Positions 43,635 to 52,843 of a DNA stretch of 64,000 bases are shown one piece after another. Under the pieces are notes generated by a model. The model searched no databases, was not told the origin of the DNA, and was given only the letters and a program-made list of their open reading frames with translations. The first letter of the stretch is position 1. Each line of letters starts with the position of its first letter. Location: NCBI GenBank assembly GCA_023898625.1, contig CP060231.1, positions 212,258 through 276,257 on the forward strand, in the 5' to 3' direction. Both the position numbers and the translations under genes were made by a program. The stretch comes from Candidatus Nomurabacteria bacterium. Lineage in GTDB: Bacteria > Patescibacteriota > Saccharimonadia > Saccharimonadales > JAGQNJ01.

Positions 43635-43907
43635 ATGATGCCTTCTATAAACACAATTACTACAGTAAGTCACTTCAACAACGTAGTGTCCTTTAGTTAC
43701 TTTGCCGAATCTAGTACCAGAAATTACGGTGATGATGCCTACAACAGCACCCTGTACAACGGTGAAGATTATCAAAAAGCTGGCATTAATCAATTAGTGA
43801 ACTCTGGAACCGTAGTTTCATTAACCCTTATAGTTGGTGCAGTTCTAATAATAACCGCCATACTCATGAGAGTTCGCAAGCGATCATCCAAATCAAGTAA
43901 ACATTAA
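43635..43907 (+). CDS. possible tail-anchored small protein (90 aa)
   Basis: A C-terminal TM helix with a basic tail ('VVSLTLIVGAVLIITAILMRVRKRSSKSSKH'). There is no SD or signal peptide. It converges on truB with a 15-nt overlap. Coding status is uncertain. Confidence 0.3.
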   Translation: MMPSINTITTVSHFNNVVSFSYFAESSTRNYGDDAYNSTLYNGEDYQKAGINQLVNSGTVVSLTLIVGAVLIITAILMRVRKRSSKSSKH

Positions 43908-44567
43908 GTAATTCAGTAGGTTATCGTCAGTTATAGATCTAGCATCTTTTAGGTAGTATTTACCTACGTGCGTTCGTTGTAGTTCGGTCATATATGCACC
44001 AGTTCCTAGTTGACCACCAATATCTTCTACTAATGACCGGATATATGTACCACTACTAACAGTTGTACCAAATTTAACAATTGGATAGTGATAGTCGATA
44101 TCGTTTATTTCGTATATTGTTACTCTTCGTGACTCTAATTTAAAATCCTTACCTGCCCTAGCTAATTTATATGCCCTCTGGCCGTTCACCTTAACCGCCG
44201 AATAAGCAGGCGGGATTTGGTCTATGTCACCAATAAAACCTCTTATTACTTCTTCAACCTCTTGTTTGGTGGGTTGATTGTCAGATATATACTCTTTTTC
44301 TCCCTCTTCATCTCCGGTTGAACTTGTTTCCCCTAACTTCATAGAAACTTGATACGTTTTATCCTTCTTTGATAGTTCAGATGCTTTTTTTGTGTAACTG
44401 CCAATGACAATTATTAATAGACCGGTAGCTAGCGGGTCTAACGTGCCACAGTGCCCAACTTTTGGCTTCTTCTGGCCTGTTGATTGACGAATCAAGCCCC
44501 TAACCTTGGCTACAACATCAAAACTTGTCCAATCCTTTGGTTTGTCTATTAATAAAATTCCATCCAT
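43893..44567 (-). CDS. truB: tRNA pseudouridine(55) synthase
   Basis: 'GILLIDKPKDWTSFDVV' and 'GHCGTLDPLATGLLII' carrying the catalytic Asp. This is a short form without the PUA domain. Confidence 0.9.
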   Translation of the reverse strand: MDGILLIDKPKDWTSFDVVAKVRGLIRQSTGQKKPKVGHCGTLDPLATGLLIIVIGSYTKKASELSKKDKTYQVSMKLGETSSTGDEEGEKEYISDNQPTKQEVEEVIRGFIGDIDQIPPAYSAVKVNGQRAYKLARAGKDFKLESRRVTIYEINDIDYHYPIVKFGTTVSSGTYIRSLVEDIGGQLGTGAYMTELQRTHVGKYYLKDARSITDDNLLNYLMFT

Positions 44568-44603
44568 TGTTAGGATTGTACAATATAAGTTAGTGCATAC
44601 CTA

Positions 44604-46304
44604 TTAGCTCATCGGAGGCATCATTGGTGGCGGAACCGGAGGTGGTGGAGTCGGTGGCTGGTCGGTTCCTGATTGTTCTGGTAGTAAATCATTACTTTGA
44701 GGTACAAATCCAGGATAATTATTTTGGATTTGAGCAGGATCGGTAGTTGTCTGAGTTATATTTGATTCTGAGGAATGAATATTATCATCTAAAAACTGAG
44801 CGCCTACACTCTGGAGAGGATTAGGTTTTAGCTCCGACGACGAAGACGCCTCCTCTACTGCTAATCGTGCTGTTTCTAAGTTATCGATTGGGTTGATATC
44901 ATCTACTGGCTGCTCATTTAAGCTTTGTATTTTAGGGGGTTCAACCTCACTTACATTACCCTGCACACTAGAGTCAGCCATATTTTGAGGCTTCAGCTCT
45001 TCGTTACTTAGAGTAGTTTCACTGGGGTTAGGAATGCTAGATTGATCTATGCTAGGATTACTGCTTAAATTTGATAATGTTGCGTGAGGACTACCAACTT
45101 GTTCTTCTATTGAACTCAATGTCTGTGATGTAGTTGGCTTAATGTCGACACCCTTAGAGGAAACCGTGTCTGATGATGGCATCACCGCGGGTTTATCGCG
45201 CGTAATAATAGCATCGTTGGGCGACCTTCCGCTTAGTGGGTCAACACTAGGATCAAGATGATTGGCTTCAGTGTTGGCAGTAAGCGCACTACCTAGAGTT
45301 GGTGGCTCTAACGCTAAACGACCAGACTTTTCTTTTTTGTCATCTTCTTTTGGTTGATCTTGTAACCCTGTCTTAAAATTACCCTGCTCATCTATATGAA
45401 TTTCACCCTCTTTACCAACTGCTCCATCATCAGCAGGTAATGGTAATTCAGTAGATGTTGATTCTTCTTTTTGTTCAGCTTTGGGGTGATCAATCTCTAG
45501 AGCTCCATCATCTTTTTTCTTTTCTTTTTTGTCATCTTCTTTTGGTTGCTCAACCTTCACGGGCTCTTCAAGTTTTGTAGCTACTAGCTGTTGGTTTGCC
45601 CCAGCTGTCATTAATTTTGAGCTAATACTCATAGTAGCAGGCGTGGTCTTTGTATTACTAAATCGTTGGGTTTCAGCTACGATACCCGTCAAAAATGCAG
45701 TTGCCATTTGTGAATCCAGTTGGTTCGGTTGAAGTAAGTCTGCCAAACTCGCAATCATTTCTGATAAACTACTGGCTTTAGGATCGTTCCAATTTAACGC
45801 CCCTAAATCTGCAGGTTTAGTGTTATTGATAGATATTACCGTTGCATCGTGCAGAATACGTCCGTGAGCCATAATTGCTTGGTCAAGTTCTTCTCGAACA
45901 TGTACCCCAATTGCCATAACAACATCAACATTGAAATCTCCTTGGCTAAAATCTAGGTCAGCTTCACTTAAACTCGTCCTATAAGGAGTGATGAAGATTC
46001 TCACTACTTGATCTTCAACCTTATAACGCAACTTATCTGCCTTACTTTTATCTAGTGAAATAATAAAATCACGCAATGAATTAGTATCCTTCTCTAGAGT
46101 CTTGTCAGGCTTAAGAAACTCTATTGTAGAAGGAACCTCACCACTAAACACAGCAGTTGCATGCTTTCCTAGCTTGTTCAAAAACAATGTTAGCCCAATG
46201 CAGGCAGATAGCTGATCTACATTTGGATCCTTCTTAACAGTAACCAGAACATTATTAGTCTGCTTTAGCCTATCAACTATACTTTGCTTTATATTTGGAT
46301 CCAT
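44604..46304 (-). CDS. DHH-family-like N-terminal domain (catalytic motifs not evident) fused to a ~320-aa low-complexity tail
   Basis: The N-terminal ~240 aa resemble NrnA-type DHH proteins in layout and in synteny next to truB. I cannot find a DHH triad ('VVMAIGVH' sits at the expected place). The tail is K/E/D/P/S-rich, contains QPKEDDKKEK twice and ends 'PPTPPPPVPPPMMPPMS'. Confidence 0.4.
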   Translation of the reverse strand: MDPNIKQSIVDRLKQTNNVLVTVKKDPNVDQLSACIGLTLFLNKLGKHATAVFSGEVPSTIEFLKPDKTLEKDTNSLRDFIISLDKSKADKLRYKVEDQVVRIFITPYRTSLSEADLDFSQGDFNVDVVMAIGVHVREELDQAIMAHGRILHDATVISINNTKPADLGALNWNDPKASSLSEMIASLADLLQPNQLDSQMATAFLTGIVAETQRFSNTKTTPATMSISSKLMTAGANQQLVATKLEEPVKVEQPKEDDKKEKKKDDGALEIDHPKAEQKEESTSTELPLPADDGAVGKEGEIHIDEQGNFKTGLQDQPKEDDKKEKSGRLALEPPTLGSALTANTEANHLDPSVDPLSGRSPNDAIITRDKPAVMPSSDTVSSKGVDIKPTTSQTLSSIEEQVGSPHATLSNLSSNPSIDQSSIPNPSETTLSNEELKPQNMADSSVQGNVSEVEPPKIQSLNEQPVDDINPIDNLETARLAVEEASSSSELKPNPLQSVGAQFLDDNIHSSESNITQTTTDPAQIQNNYPGFVPQSNDLLPEQSGTDQPPTPPPPVPPPMMPPMS

Positions 46305-46470
46305 ATTTTTACTTTTCGTTACTAACTATTGTCAGAGTACCATAACCATTTTGTATTGTCTATACATATCAACAATAAATAAACCATCTTACTATTTACA
46401 AAACAGAGGTTATGCGCTATAGTTACACAAATCAAGTTATATAATAATTAAACAAGGATTAATTTTACTA

Positions 46471-46854
46471 ATGCCAATCATTAAGTCTGCAAAGAAAAGA
46501 GTAAGAATTGCTGATAAAGCAACTGCTCGAAATCGCAAAACCAAGCGTAACGTAAAGAGCTCTATCAAGGCTCTGATGTCTAGTATTTCAGGTGATAAAA
46601 AGCAAGCTTCCGAACTACTATCAAAAGCTCAAAGAGAAATTGACGTTGCCGTAAAAAAAGGCGTACTACACAAAAACAAAGGCGCTAGAAAAAAATCCCA
46701 ATTAGCAAAATTATCAAAAGAAGCAGGGATAAATCCATCCTCCTCTAAAGAGAAAACTGCCAAGAAACCAGCAACAAAAAAAGCTACTACAACTAAATCA
46801 ACCGCCAAGAAACCAGCCAAAAAACCAGCCAAAAAAGCTACCCCAAAAAGCTAA
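46471..46854 (+). CDS. rpsT: 30S ribosomal protein S20 with Lys/Ala/Thr/Pro-rich C-terminal extension
   Basis: 'MPIIKSAKKRVRIADKATARNRKTKRNVKSSIK' is a canonical S20 N-terminus. The last ~40 aa read 'KEKTAKKPATKKATTTKSTAKKPAKKPAKKATPKS'. Confidence 0.9.
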   Translation: MPIIKSAKKRVRIADKATARNRKTKRNVKSSIKALMSSISGDKKQASELLSKAQREIDVAVKKGVLHKNKGARKKSQLAKLSKEAGINPSSSKEKTAKKPATKKATTTKSTAKKPAKKPAKKATPKS

Positions 46855-47755
46855 TACGATTCATGAATAGTAGTATTGCTTGATCGGCATCAACTTTGCT
46901 ATTTTTTATAGAAAGATCAAGTTCATGAGCGACTTTAACTAACTTTTTGATTTGATGCATCGAAAGTTTTTGGGCTAACGTCATAGATTTTTGAATACTA
47001 TAGGCTTTTATCTTTGATTGCGAAGCAATTTCTTGAGATGTTTTGCCTCTTGCCAACTTAACCATTGCCAGTAAATGCAATTGCCAGCCAATCAATCCAA
47101 TAATTACCTGTGGTTCAACTTTTTGAAGTCTTTGCTCTTTATATAGTCGTTCGGTTTTTTCTCTATATCCTAAAAATGCAGACTCTAACAAATCAAAGGT
47201 GGAGCTTTGTGGTCTAGATTCTACCAACATCTCAATGGTTTGTTGTGAAATTTTTGAGTCGTAAATGATCAGCTTGTCAATTTCACTTTTCAGTAGCATC
47301 TGGTTCTCGCCAACTTTATCAATCAGCAGGCGTGCATCAGTTGATGAAATCGTTCCCCTACTCGCTTTGGCATAGTTTTGTATCCATTTTGGTAAATTGT
47401 AAGTGGGCAAATTTTCAAAAGATTCGAAATTAGGCTTTGATTTTAGTTTCTTGTAGTAACTTGCACGCTTATCAATCTTTGATAATAGAACAACCACGGT
47501 ATTCTGTTCTGGTACATCGACTTCTAATAGCCTTTCTATAAGTTCCTTATCTGCTACGCCTTTTAGTATTACTAATTTTGAAGGGCTTAAAAAGCTCAAA
47601 TTACCAACAGCATCGATAACACTCGCGACAGATACACCATCCACATCAACCCTTTCGACTGCTAAATTGCCATATTTGCTTACAAAGGTGTTTGTTATCT
47701 CATTGAGCTTTTGTTGCAATTCAAAGGCATTATCGCCAGACAAATAATGTATCAT
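46838..47755 (-). CDS. holA: DNA polymerase III delta subunit
   Basis: 'MIHYLSGDNAFELQQKL...' with HolA-like length and helical C-terminus. The ATG at 47755 forms an ATGA overlap with the mutM stop (47752-47755). Confidence 0.7.
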   Translation of the reverse strand: MIHYLSGDNAFELQQKLNEITNTFVSKYGNLAVERVDVDGVSVASVIDAVGNLSFLSPSKLVILKGVADKELIERLLEVDVPEQNTVVVLLSKIDKRASYYKKLKSKPNFESFENLPTYNLPKWIQNYAKASRGTISSTDARLLIDKVGENQMLLKSEIDKLIIYDSKISQQTIEMLVESRPQSSTFDLLESAFLGYREKTERLYKEQRLQKVEPQVIIGLIGWQLHLLAMVKLARGKTSQEIASQSKIKAYSIQKSMTLAQKLSMHQIKKLVKVAHELDLSIKNSKVDADQAILLFMNRISFLG

Positions 47756-48633
47756 TTGTATCCTTTCGGAAGCTTCTGTTCGTGTGGGCAAATATGCGTG
47801 CCACGTCCAGCTACACGTAATTTAATGATTGTAGTACCACATTTTGGGCACGGCAACCCTTCTCGTCTAAAAACCTTTGCAAAACCTAGATAGCTACCTT
47901 TATTGCCGTGTGCATCAACATAATTCCTGTCGCTCGACCCACCATTATCAATACTCAATTGCAACACTTCTTGGATTGCATTAAATAATTCTATTTTCTT
48001 CGATGTAGCAATATCTCTGATTCGTAAACTAGGATGAATACCTGATAAAAATAGAGCTTCATCCGCATAAATATTGCCAATTCCAGCAACTATTGACTGA
48101 TCTAGTAATACCGATTTTACGCCAGAGTTTTGGCGTTTATTTAATTGTTCAATAAATAAACTAGAAGTTATTTTATTCCCTAATGGTTCGGGTCCAAGCC
48201 TTTTAATAAAATCAAAACTATTCACATTGGCAGTGAGTAATAATTTTATCCAACCAAACTTTCTCTGGTCATTGAAAAACAACCGAGATCCATCATCAAA
48301 AACAAATACTACTCTAGTAGATTTATCTGGTAATTCTCCCACCAAACTGTCTGTAGGGTGTCCTGCCCCGAAATTATCTTCGCCACGAAACACCAACTGT
48401 CCAGTCATTTTTAAGTGAATAAGCAAACTATGCTTTGAATCTAGCTCGATTATTAGTAATTTGCCGCGACGCGTAACTTTAGTAACTTTAGATCCTAATA
48501 CATAATTCTTTAAATCTTTGTTATTAACTAAAAAGCTTTTATTCCAACTGATGTCAACTTGTTTAATGCAGTGCTTTGGTAATAATCGTTGGAGTCCTCT
48601 TTTAACAGTTTCTACCTCTGGTAACTCTGGCAT
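47752..48633 (-). CDS. mutM: formamidopyrimidine-DNA glycosylase
   Basis: 'MPELPEVETVKRGL' carries the catalytic P2/E3. There is an H2TH region, and a C-terminal zinc finger 'CPKCGTTIIKLRVAGRGTHICPHEQ' in which the last ligand looks like a C3H-type variant. Confidence 0.9.
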   Translation of the reverse strand: MPELPEVETVKRGLQRLLPKHCIKQVDISWNKSFLVNNKDLKNYVLGSKVTKVTRRGKLLIIELDSKHSLLIHLKMTGQLVFRGEDNFGAGHPTDSLVGELPDKSTRVVFVFDDGSRLFFNDQRKFGWIKLLLTANVNSFDFIKRLGPEPLGNKITSSLFIEQLNKRQNSGVKSVLLDQSIVAGIGNIYADEALFLSGIHPSLRIRDIATSKKIELFNAIQEVLQLSIDNGGSSDRNYVDAHGNKGSYLGFAKVFRREGLPCPKCGTTIIKLRVAGRGTHICPHEQKLPKGYK

Positions 48634-48705
48634 AAATTAATTGTACCAGTGATTCACACGTCGTATTATTAGATTTTAAATATTACTACAATGTATAATT
48701 AGCAA

Positions 48706-48951
48706 ATGGCAGATAAGCTAGGTGACTTGCTACAGCGAAGAGACGCGCAAAATGAACCTGATGAGTTCTCAATTATTCGCAAATATGTTCAAGACAGATT
48801 CGAAGTTACACCCAAATTAAGTATCACGAAAAGTGGTATATCTATTGGTGTGCCTAATTCAGCAATTGCAAGCAACTTACGTTTTGAGCTTTTTGAGCTT
48901 GGCCAAAAACTAAAATCAAAGAAAAGATTATTTATCAGAATCCTCAGGTAA
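48706..48951 (+). CDS. small DUF721/DciA-like protein
   Basis: 81 aa. '...KLSITKSGISIGVPNSAIASNLRFELFELGQKL' resembles the DUF721 pattern (L.I.V.S...A.EL......L). This is a weak, by-eye assignment. Confidence 0.4.
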   Translation: MADKLGDLLQRRDAQNEPDEFSIIRKYVQDRFEVTPKLSITKSGISIGVPNSAIASNLRFELFELGQKLKSKKRLFIRILR

Positions 48952-49113
48952 TTCACTAAGTTCAGGAAATTCTTCAACATCAGCGCCAATCACGAGCATG
49001 CCAGCAAAATCTACTACTGGCTTGTGGGTTTGGCCAATATTTACAAAATTGACTTCTGTTTTATCATTTGGTTCTTTGTCATATTTTTCAGGCACAGAAT
49101 TATATACTATCAC
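48928..49113 (-). CDS. small acidic protein (61 aa)
   Basis: A GTG start immediately follows the stop of the HAD-like gene. The C-terminus 'EEFPELSELPEDSDK' is acidic. It overlaps the convergent 81-aa ORF by 24 nt, so coding status is uncertain. Confidence 0.35.
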   Translation of the reverse strand: MIVYNSVPEKYDKEPNDKTEVNFVNIGQTHKPVVDFAGMLVIGADVEEFPELSELPEDSDK

Positions 49114-49527
49114 TCAAGCTTTATTATTCAATATTGAGTTTATTGTAATTTTTAAATTCGAAAAGCGTGTGTAATGTACGATATAAAAACCAAGGTTGCT
49201 TGCTATAGAGCAATTCATTTCTGAATCATCTATAAGTAGACATTCCTCAGGACTAACGCTTAATTGATCGCATACGTACAAAAATGATCTTGGGTCAGGT
49301 TTTGTAAACCCAATATCGCCACTAGTAAATATATTCTTAAAAATACCCCTGTCTCCAACATCTGAATATTGAGATATTTTGTCACCTATACTAGGAATAT
49401 TTGAAAGAATTACGCAGTGATATTTGCTAGATAACCGTTTAGCCAGGGATAATACCTTCTCGTCCAAGTCCTGGGTTTTAGGTCTATACAACACACCATA
49501 ATAATCAAAGACTATAACTTTAATCAT
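49114..49527 (-). CDS. HAD-superfamily-like small hydrolase (atypical motif I)
   Basis: 'VIVFDYYGVLY' shows motif I as D-x-Y rather than D-x-D. 'ILSN' is motif II-like, and 'KPDPRSF...LLIDDSEMN' covers motifs III/IV. Confidence 0.5.
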   Translation of the reverse strand: MIKVIVFDYYGVLYRPKTQDLDEKVLSLAKRLSSKYHCVILSNIPSIGDKISQYSDVGDRGIFKNIFTSGDIGFTKPDPRSFLYVCDQLSVSPEECLLIDDSEMNCSIASNLGFYIVHYTRFSNLKITINSILNNKA

Positions 49528-49545
49528 TTAAAATGTTACTTATAT

Positions 49546-50115
49546 TTAAAAACTAACCCCTTGTATAAAGGTGCTATAGTCGGGAATTTGATTCTGGAAA
49601 AGTGTCTGAACATTACTTACGTTTCCGCCGAAAGTTCCACGTGCCGAATTACACGAGGTAGACCACAAAGATTGTTTTGTATCTGAGCCGTTAATTATAT
49701 CGTAATGGTATCTCTTTCCGTTTGGGCAAGCTCCAAGTGGCACCACATTCCGTGTAGCTACCTTAGGCTTGGTAAATCCACTATTCTGTAATCCTGCTAA
49801 AAATGCTTTGTATGCATCTCTATCGTTTAATAAAGTTTGACTTTTTAGTACATTACCTTGATATCCATCATAAATAACTGCTGTTCTTTCGGTTTGACCT
49901 ATGGTAATCTGCAAAACTCTGTGCTCTTCTCTGGCGTTTATCTTTCCTTCTTGCGTAAACCGAACAACAGTGTTAGTGTCTGCATAGTTCGTGATGTTTG
50001 TTTCTCTATTAACTCCTACTTGCTGTTTGGGTTTATCTCCACTACGAGCAAAAAACCAAATAACAGAAATAAAGATCAATAAAACTACAGCTCCAGCAAC
50101 AATAAATTGTCTCAT
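49546..50115 (-). CDS. membrane-anchored/exported hypothetical protein (189 aa)
   Basis: An N-terminal hydrophobic helix 'FIVAGAVVLLIFISVIWFF', and two Cys pairs in the C-terminal half. No family recognised. Confidence 0.55.
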   Translation of the reverse strand: MRQFIVAGAVVLLIFISVIWFFARSGDKPKQQVGVNRETNITNYADTNTVVRFTQEGKINAREEHRVLQITIGQTERTAVIYDGYQGNVLKSQTLLNDRDAYKAFLAGLQNSGFTKPKVATRNVVPLGACPNGKRYHYDIINGSDTKQSLWSTSCNSARGTFGGNVSNVQTLFQNQIPDYSTFIQGVSF

Positions 50116-50170
50116 GATTAGATATTATACCACTTTTAATACACTAGTGCAAAATATTACGTTAGCTATG

Positions 50171-52798
50171 TTAAAGCTCGCCCCAAGTGTTTCCCACAGA
50201 AACATCGACTGTTAGTTTTACTGGTAACTTATAGACGTTTTCCATTGTTGTCTTGAGTATACTCTCGACTTTTTTTGATTTTTTGGTTGGACATTCAACT
50301 AGTATTGAATCATGAATTTGAAGTAATTGTTTGCAATCTTCGTCTAGGATCTTATCCACCTCAACCATTGCCATCTTCATTAAATCCGCTTCTGTCCCTT
50401 GAATAGGCATATTGATTGCAGCCCTCTCGGCAGAGGCTCTAACCATAAAATTACTTGAATGTATATCTGGAACCGGACGTCTGCGACCAAACATTGTCTC
50501 TACATATCCTAGCTCTTTCGCTTTGACCTTAACATCGTCCATATACTTAAGCAATGGCTTCCTGAGCTCAAAATATCTTTCAATAAAATGATTTGCTTGC
50601 TCAAATGTCATGCCGGTTGCAACACTCAACCCATGTGGACTCATTCCGTATAGAATACCAAAATTAACCACCTTAGCATCGCGTCGCATATTTTTGGTAA
50701 CATCTTCTGGATTACGCCCATATATCTGTGAAGCTGTAGCTGTATGTATATCAACACCTTGATTGAACATATCGATGAGCTCTTCGTCTTTGGCTAAAAC
50801 CGATACTAATCGAAGTTCGAATTGCGAATAGTCGGCACTGACCAATACCTTACCTTCACCGGCAACAAACGCTTCTCGAATACGATTACCAAGCTCTGTT
50901 CTTACAGGAATGTTTTGCAAATTAGGATCATTAGAGCTTAATCTTCCCGTTTGTGCTACGGTTAATGCGAAAGTTGTGTGTAATCGATTACGTTCATCCA
51001 CCATGGTAGGTAAGGTGTCAATGTAAGTATTCTTCAGCTTTGTAACCTCTCGGTAGCTTGATATTAAATCTATGATCTCATGTTTTCCGCGCAATTTATC
51101 CAGCTCTCTTACCGCAGTAGAATACCCTGTTTTACCCTTTTTTATTCCTTGTGTCGGCAACTTCAAGTCAACAAATAAAACCTCAGCCAGCTGAGACGGA
51201 CTGCCAATATTAAACTCTTTGTCGGCAAGCCCATAAACTGTTTGTTCAATGTCAGAAATTTGATCTTCAATTTCTATAGCAAAAGTTTCAAGATATTTAG
51301 TATCTAGCTCTATTCCTTCAAACTCCATACTTGATAGAACTGGAATGACTGGCCACTCAATATTTTTTGCCAATTCTGCAACCTTTGGCATAGACTTTAA
51401 TTGATTCTGTTGCATTTCATATAGCAACCATATACTCTTAGTAACCTCGCCTGCCCGTTCCACTAGCTCTTCGTTACTAAGGATATCGAGTTGCGCACCA
51501 TAATGTAAATCCGCTTCAATTAGTTCACTTAATGATTGCTCACGTCTCAGGCTATTTATCAAAAAGGCTCCAACCATTACGTCGTGATTAATATCAGAAA
51601 GTCTAACGCCAATCGACATACAAGCCTGAAGGGTGGATTTTAAATCATACCCTATCAGTGCAGGTAGCTTGCTTATAAACTGTACTATTTTTTTTGAAGA
51701 TAGTTTGTTTAGTTCAAGTGTATAGGTTAGAGACTTTGATGGACTAACTATAAATACTATAGGGTCTTTACCGTGCTTACCTAGACACCGAGAATGTACG
51801 ACGACTTCTTTAACTTTATCAAAGTTAATATCATCTAAAGCTCGATCACTAGAGATAACTATATTTTTTGACCCAGAAACTGAATGTGTTTCTGGTGGGG
51901 CAATGTCTTGATTCCATATCTCGGCACTCACACGAAGTAGTGACTTGAATTCTAATTTTTGCAACACCTTTCTAACTTCTTCTGGATTGCATTTACTACC
52001 ATCAACTTCACTAATATTTAACTCTATCGGGGCATCTAGCCAAATCGAAGCTAACTTCTTACTCAAGTATGCTAAGTCTTTGCCAGCCACCAACTTTTTT
52101 TTCGTACTCTCACGTATTAGCTCAATATTGTCATAAATTCCATCTAGCGTTTTGTATTGCTTGAGTAGATCAATTGCTCCCTTCTCACCGATTCCTGGCA
52201 CCCCCGGAATATTGTCAGAACTATCGCCCTTTAAAGCTTTTAGGTCAAGAAATTGTTCTGGTAGCAAACCATATTTTTCATAAAAGCTTCCTGGGTGATA
52301 CAACTCAATATTGCTTAATCCCTTTTTCAGTGCGTATACGCTTACATTAGGGTTTATTAGCTGGAGCATATCCAGGTCGCTTGTTATCAACATGGTATCA
52401 ATATCTTTTTTTGTCGCCTGAACAGCTAAAGTACCCATTATGTCATCTGCTTCAAAATCATCTAGTTCGTAGAGAGGCCAGCCAAATGCCTTCAGTAGGT
52501 CATGGAGTATTGGAATTTGCTCATAGAAGTCGGGAGGTGGTGGTTTGCGACCAGCTTTATATTCTGGATACATTTCAAGCCTCTTCCGGATATTAGTTTT
52601 TGGTTTATCCCACGCCACGCATACATAATCTGGCTGTAGTTTACGAATAACCTCAAGCGCCATCGATGCGAAACCAAAGACACCTCCAGTTGGTGTGCCA
52701 TCTTTGGTGCTCAAATTCGGCATTGCAAAATAGCCTCGATAAAAAACACTTTTTCCATCGATTATAGCTAGTTTTTTTCTAGCATTTTGCTCCTTCAT
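50171..52798 (-). CDS. polA: DNA polymerase I
   Basis: 5' nuclease 'LAIIDGKSVFYRGYF', a middle exonuclease-like domain, and polymerase motifs 'DYSQFELRL', 'RRDAKVVNFGILYG' and 'QIHDSILVE'. The ATG at 52798 (MKEQNARKKLAII) is preferred to the track start at 52876. Confidence 0.95.
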   Translation of the reverse strand: MKEQNARKKLAIIDGKSVFYRGYFAMPNLSTKDGTPTGGVFGFASMALEVIRKLQPDYVCVAWDKPKTNIRKRLEMYPEYKAGRKPPPPDFYEQIPILHDLLKAFGWPLYELDDFEADDIMGTLAVQATKKDIDTMLITSDLDMLQLINPNVSVYALKKGLSNIELYHPGSFYEKYGLLPEQFLDLKALKGDSSDNIPGVPGIGEKGAIDLLKQYKTLDGIYDNIELIRESTKKKLVAGKDLAYLSKKLASIWLDAPIELNISEVDGSKCNPEEVRKVLQKLEFKSLLRVSAEIWNQDIAPPETHSVSGSKNIVISSDRALDDINFDKVKEVVVHSRCLGKHGKDPIVFIVSPSKSLTYTLELNKLSSKKIVQFISKLPALIGYDLKSTLQACMSIGVRLSDINHDVMVGAFLINSLRREQSLSELIEADLHYGAQLDILSNEELVERAGEVTKSIWLLYEMQQNQLKSMPKVAELAKNIEWPVIPVLSSMEFEGIELDTKYLETFAIEIEDQISDIEQTVYGLADKEFNIGSPSQLAEVLFVDLKLPTQGIKKGKTGYSTAVRELDKLRGKHEIIDLISSYREVTKLKNTYIDTLPTMVDERNRLHTTFALTVAQTGRLSSNDPNLQNIPVRTELGNRIREAFVAGEGKVLVSADYSQFELRLVSVLAKDEELIDMFNQGVDIHTATASQIYGRNPEDVTKNMRRDAKVVNFGILYGMSPHGLSVATGMTFEQANHFIERYFELRKPLLKYMDDVKVKAKELGYVETMFGRRRPVPDIHSSNFMVRASAERAAINMPIQGTEADLMKMAMVEVDKILDEDCKQLLQIHDSILVECPTKKSKKVESILKTTMENVYKLPVKLTVDVSVGNTWGEL

Positions 52799-52843
52799 AA
52801 CTACAGTATACGCCAATTTTACTTTATACTTAGCTTTAGTATT

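Noticed and set aside
43590-43793. A minus-strand 67-aa ORF overlapping the 90-aa plus-strand ORF.
   Set aside because: It has no plausible start context and lies across the putative promoter/leader of the fibre-like operon. The plus-strand alternative at least has a clean tail-anchor architecture, and even that is given low confidence.
41364-43907. An intact or recently integrated prophage.
   Set aside because: Only fibre-like genes are present. There are no terminase, portal, capsid, tape-measure, integrase-att or lysis genes, and conserved housekeeping genes flank the block on both sides.
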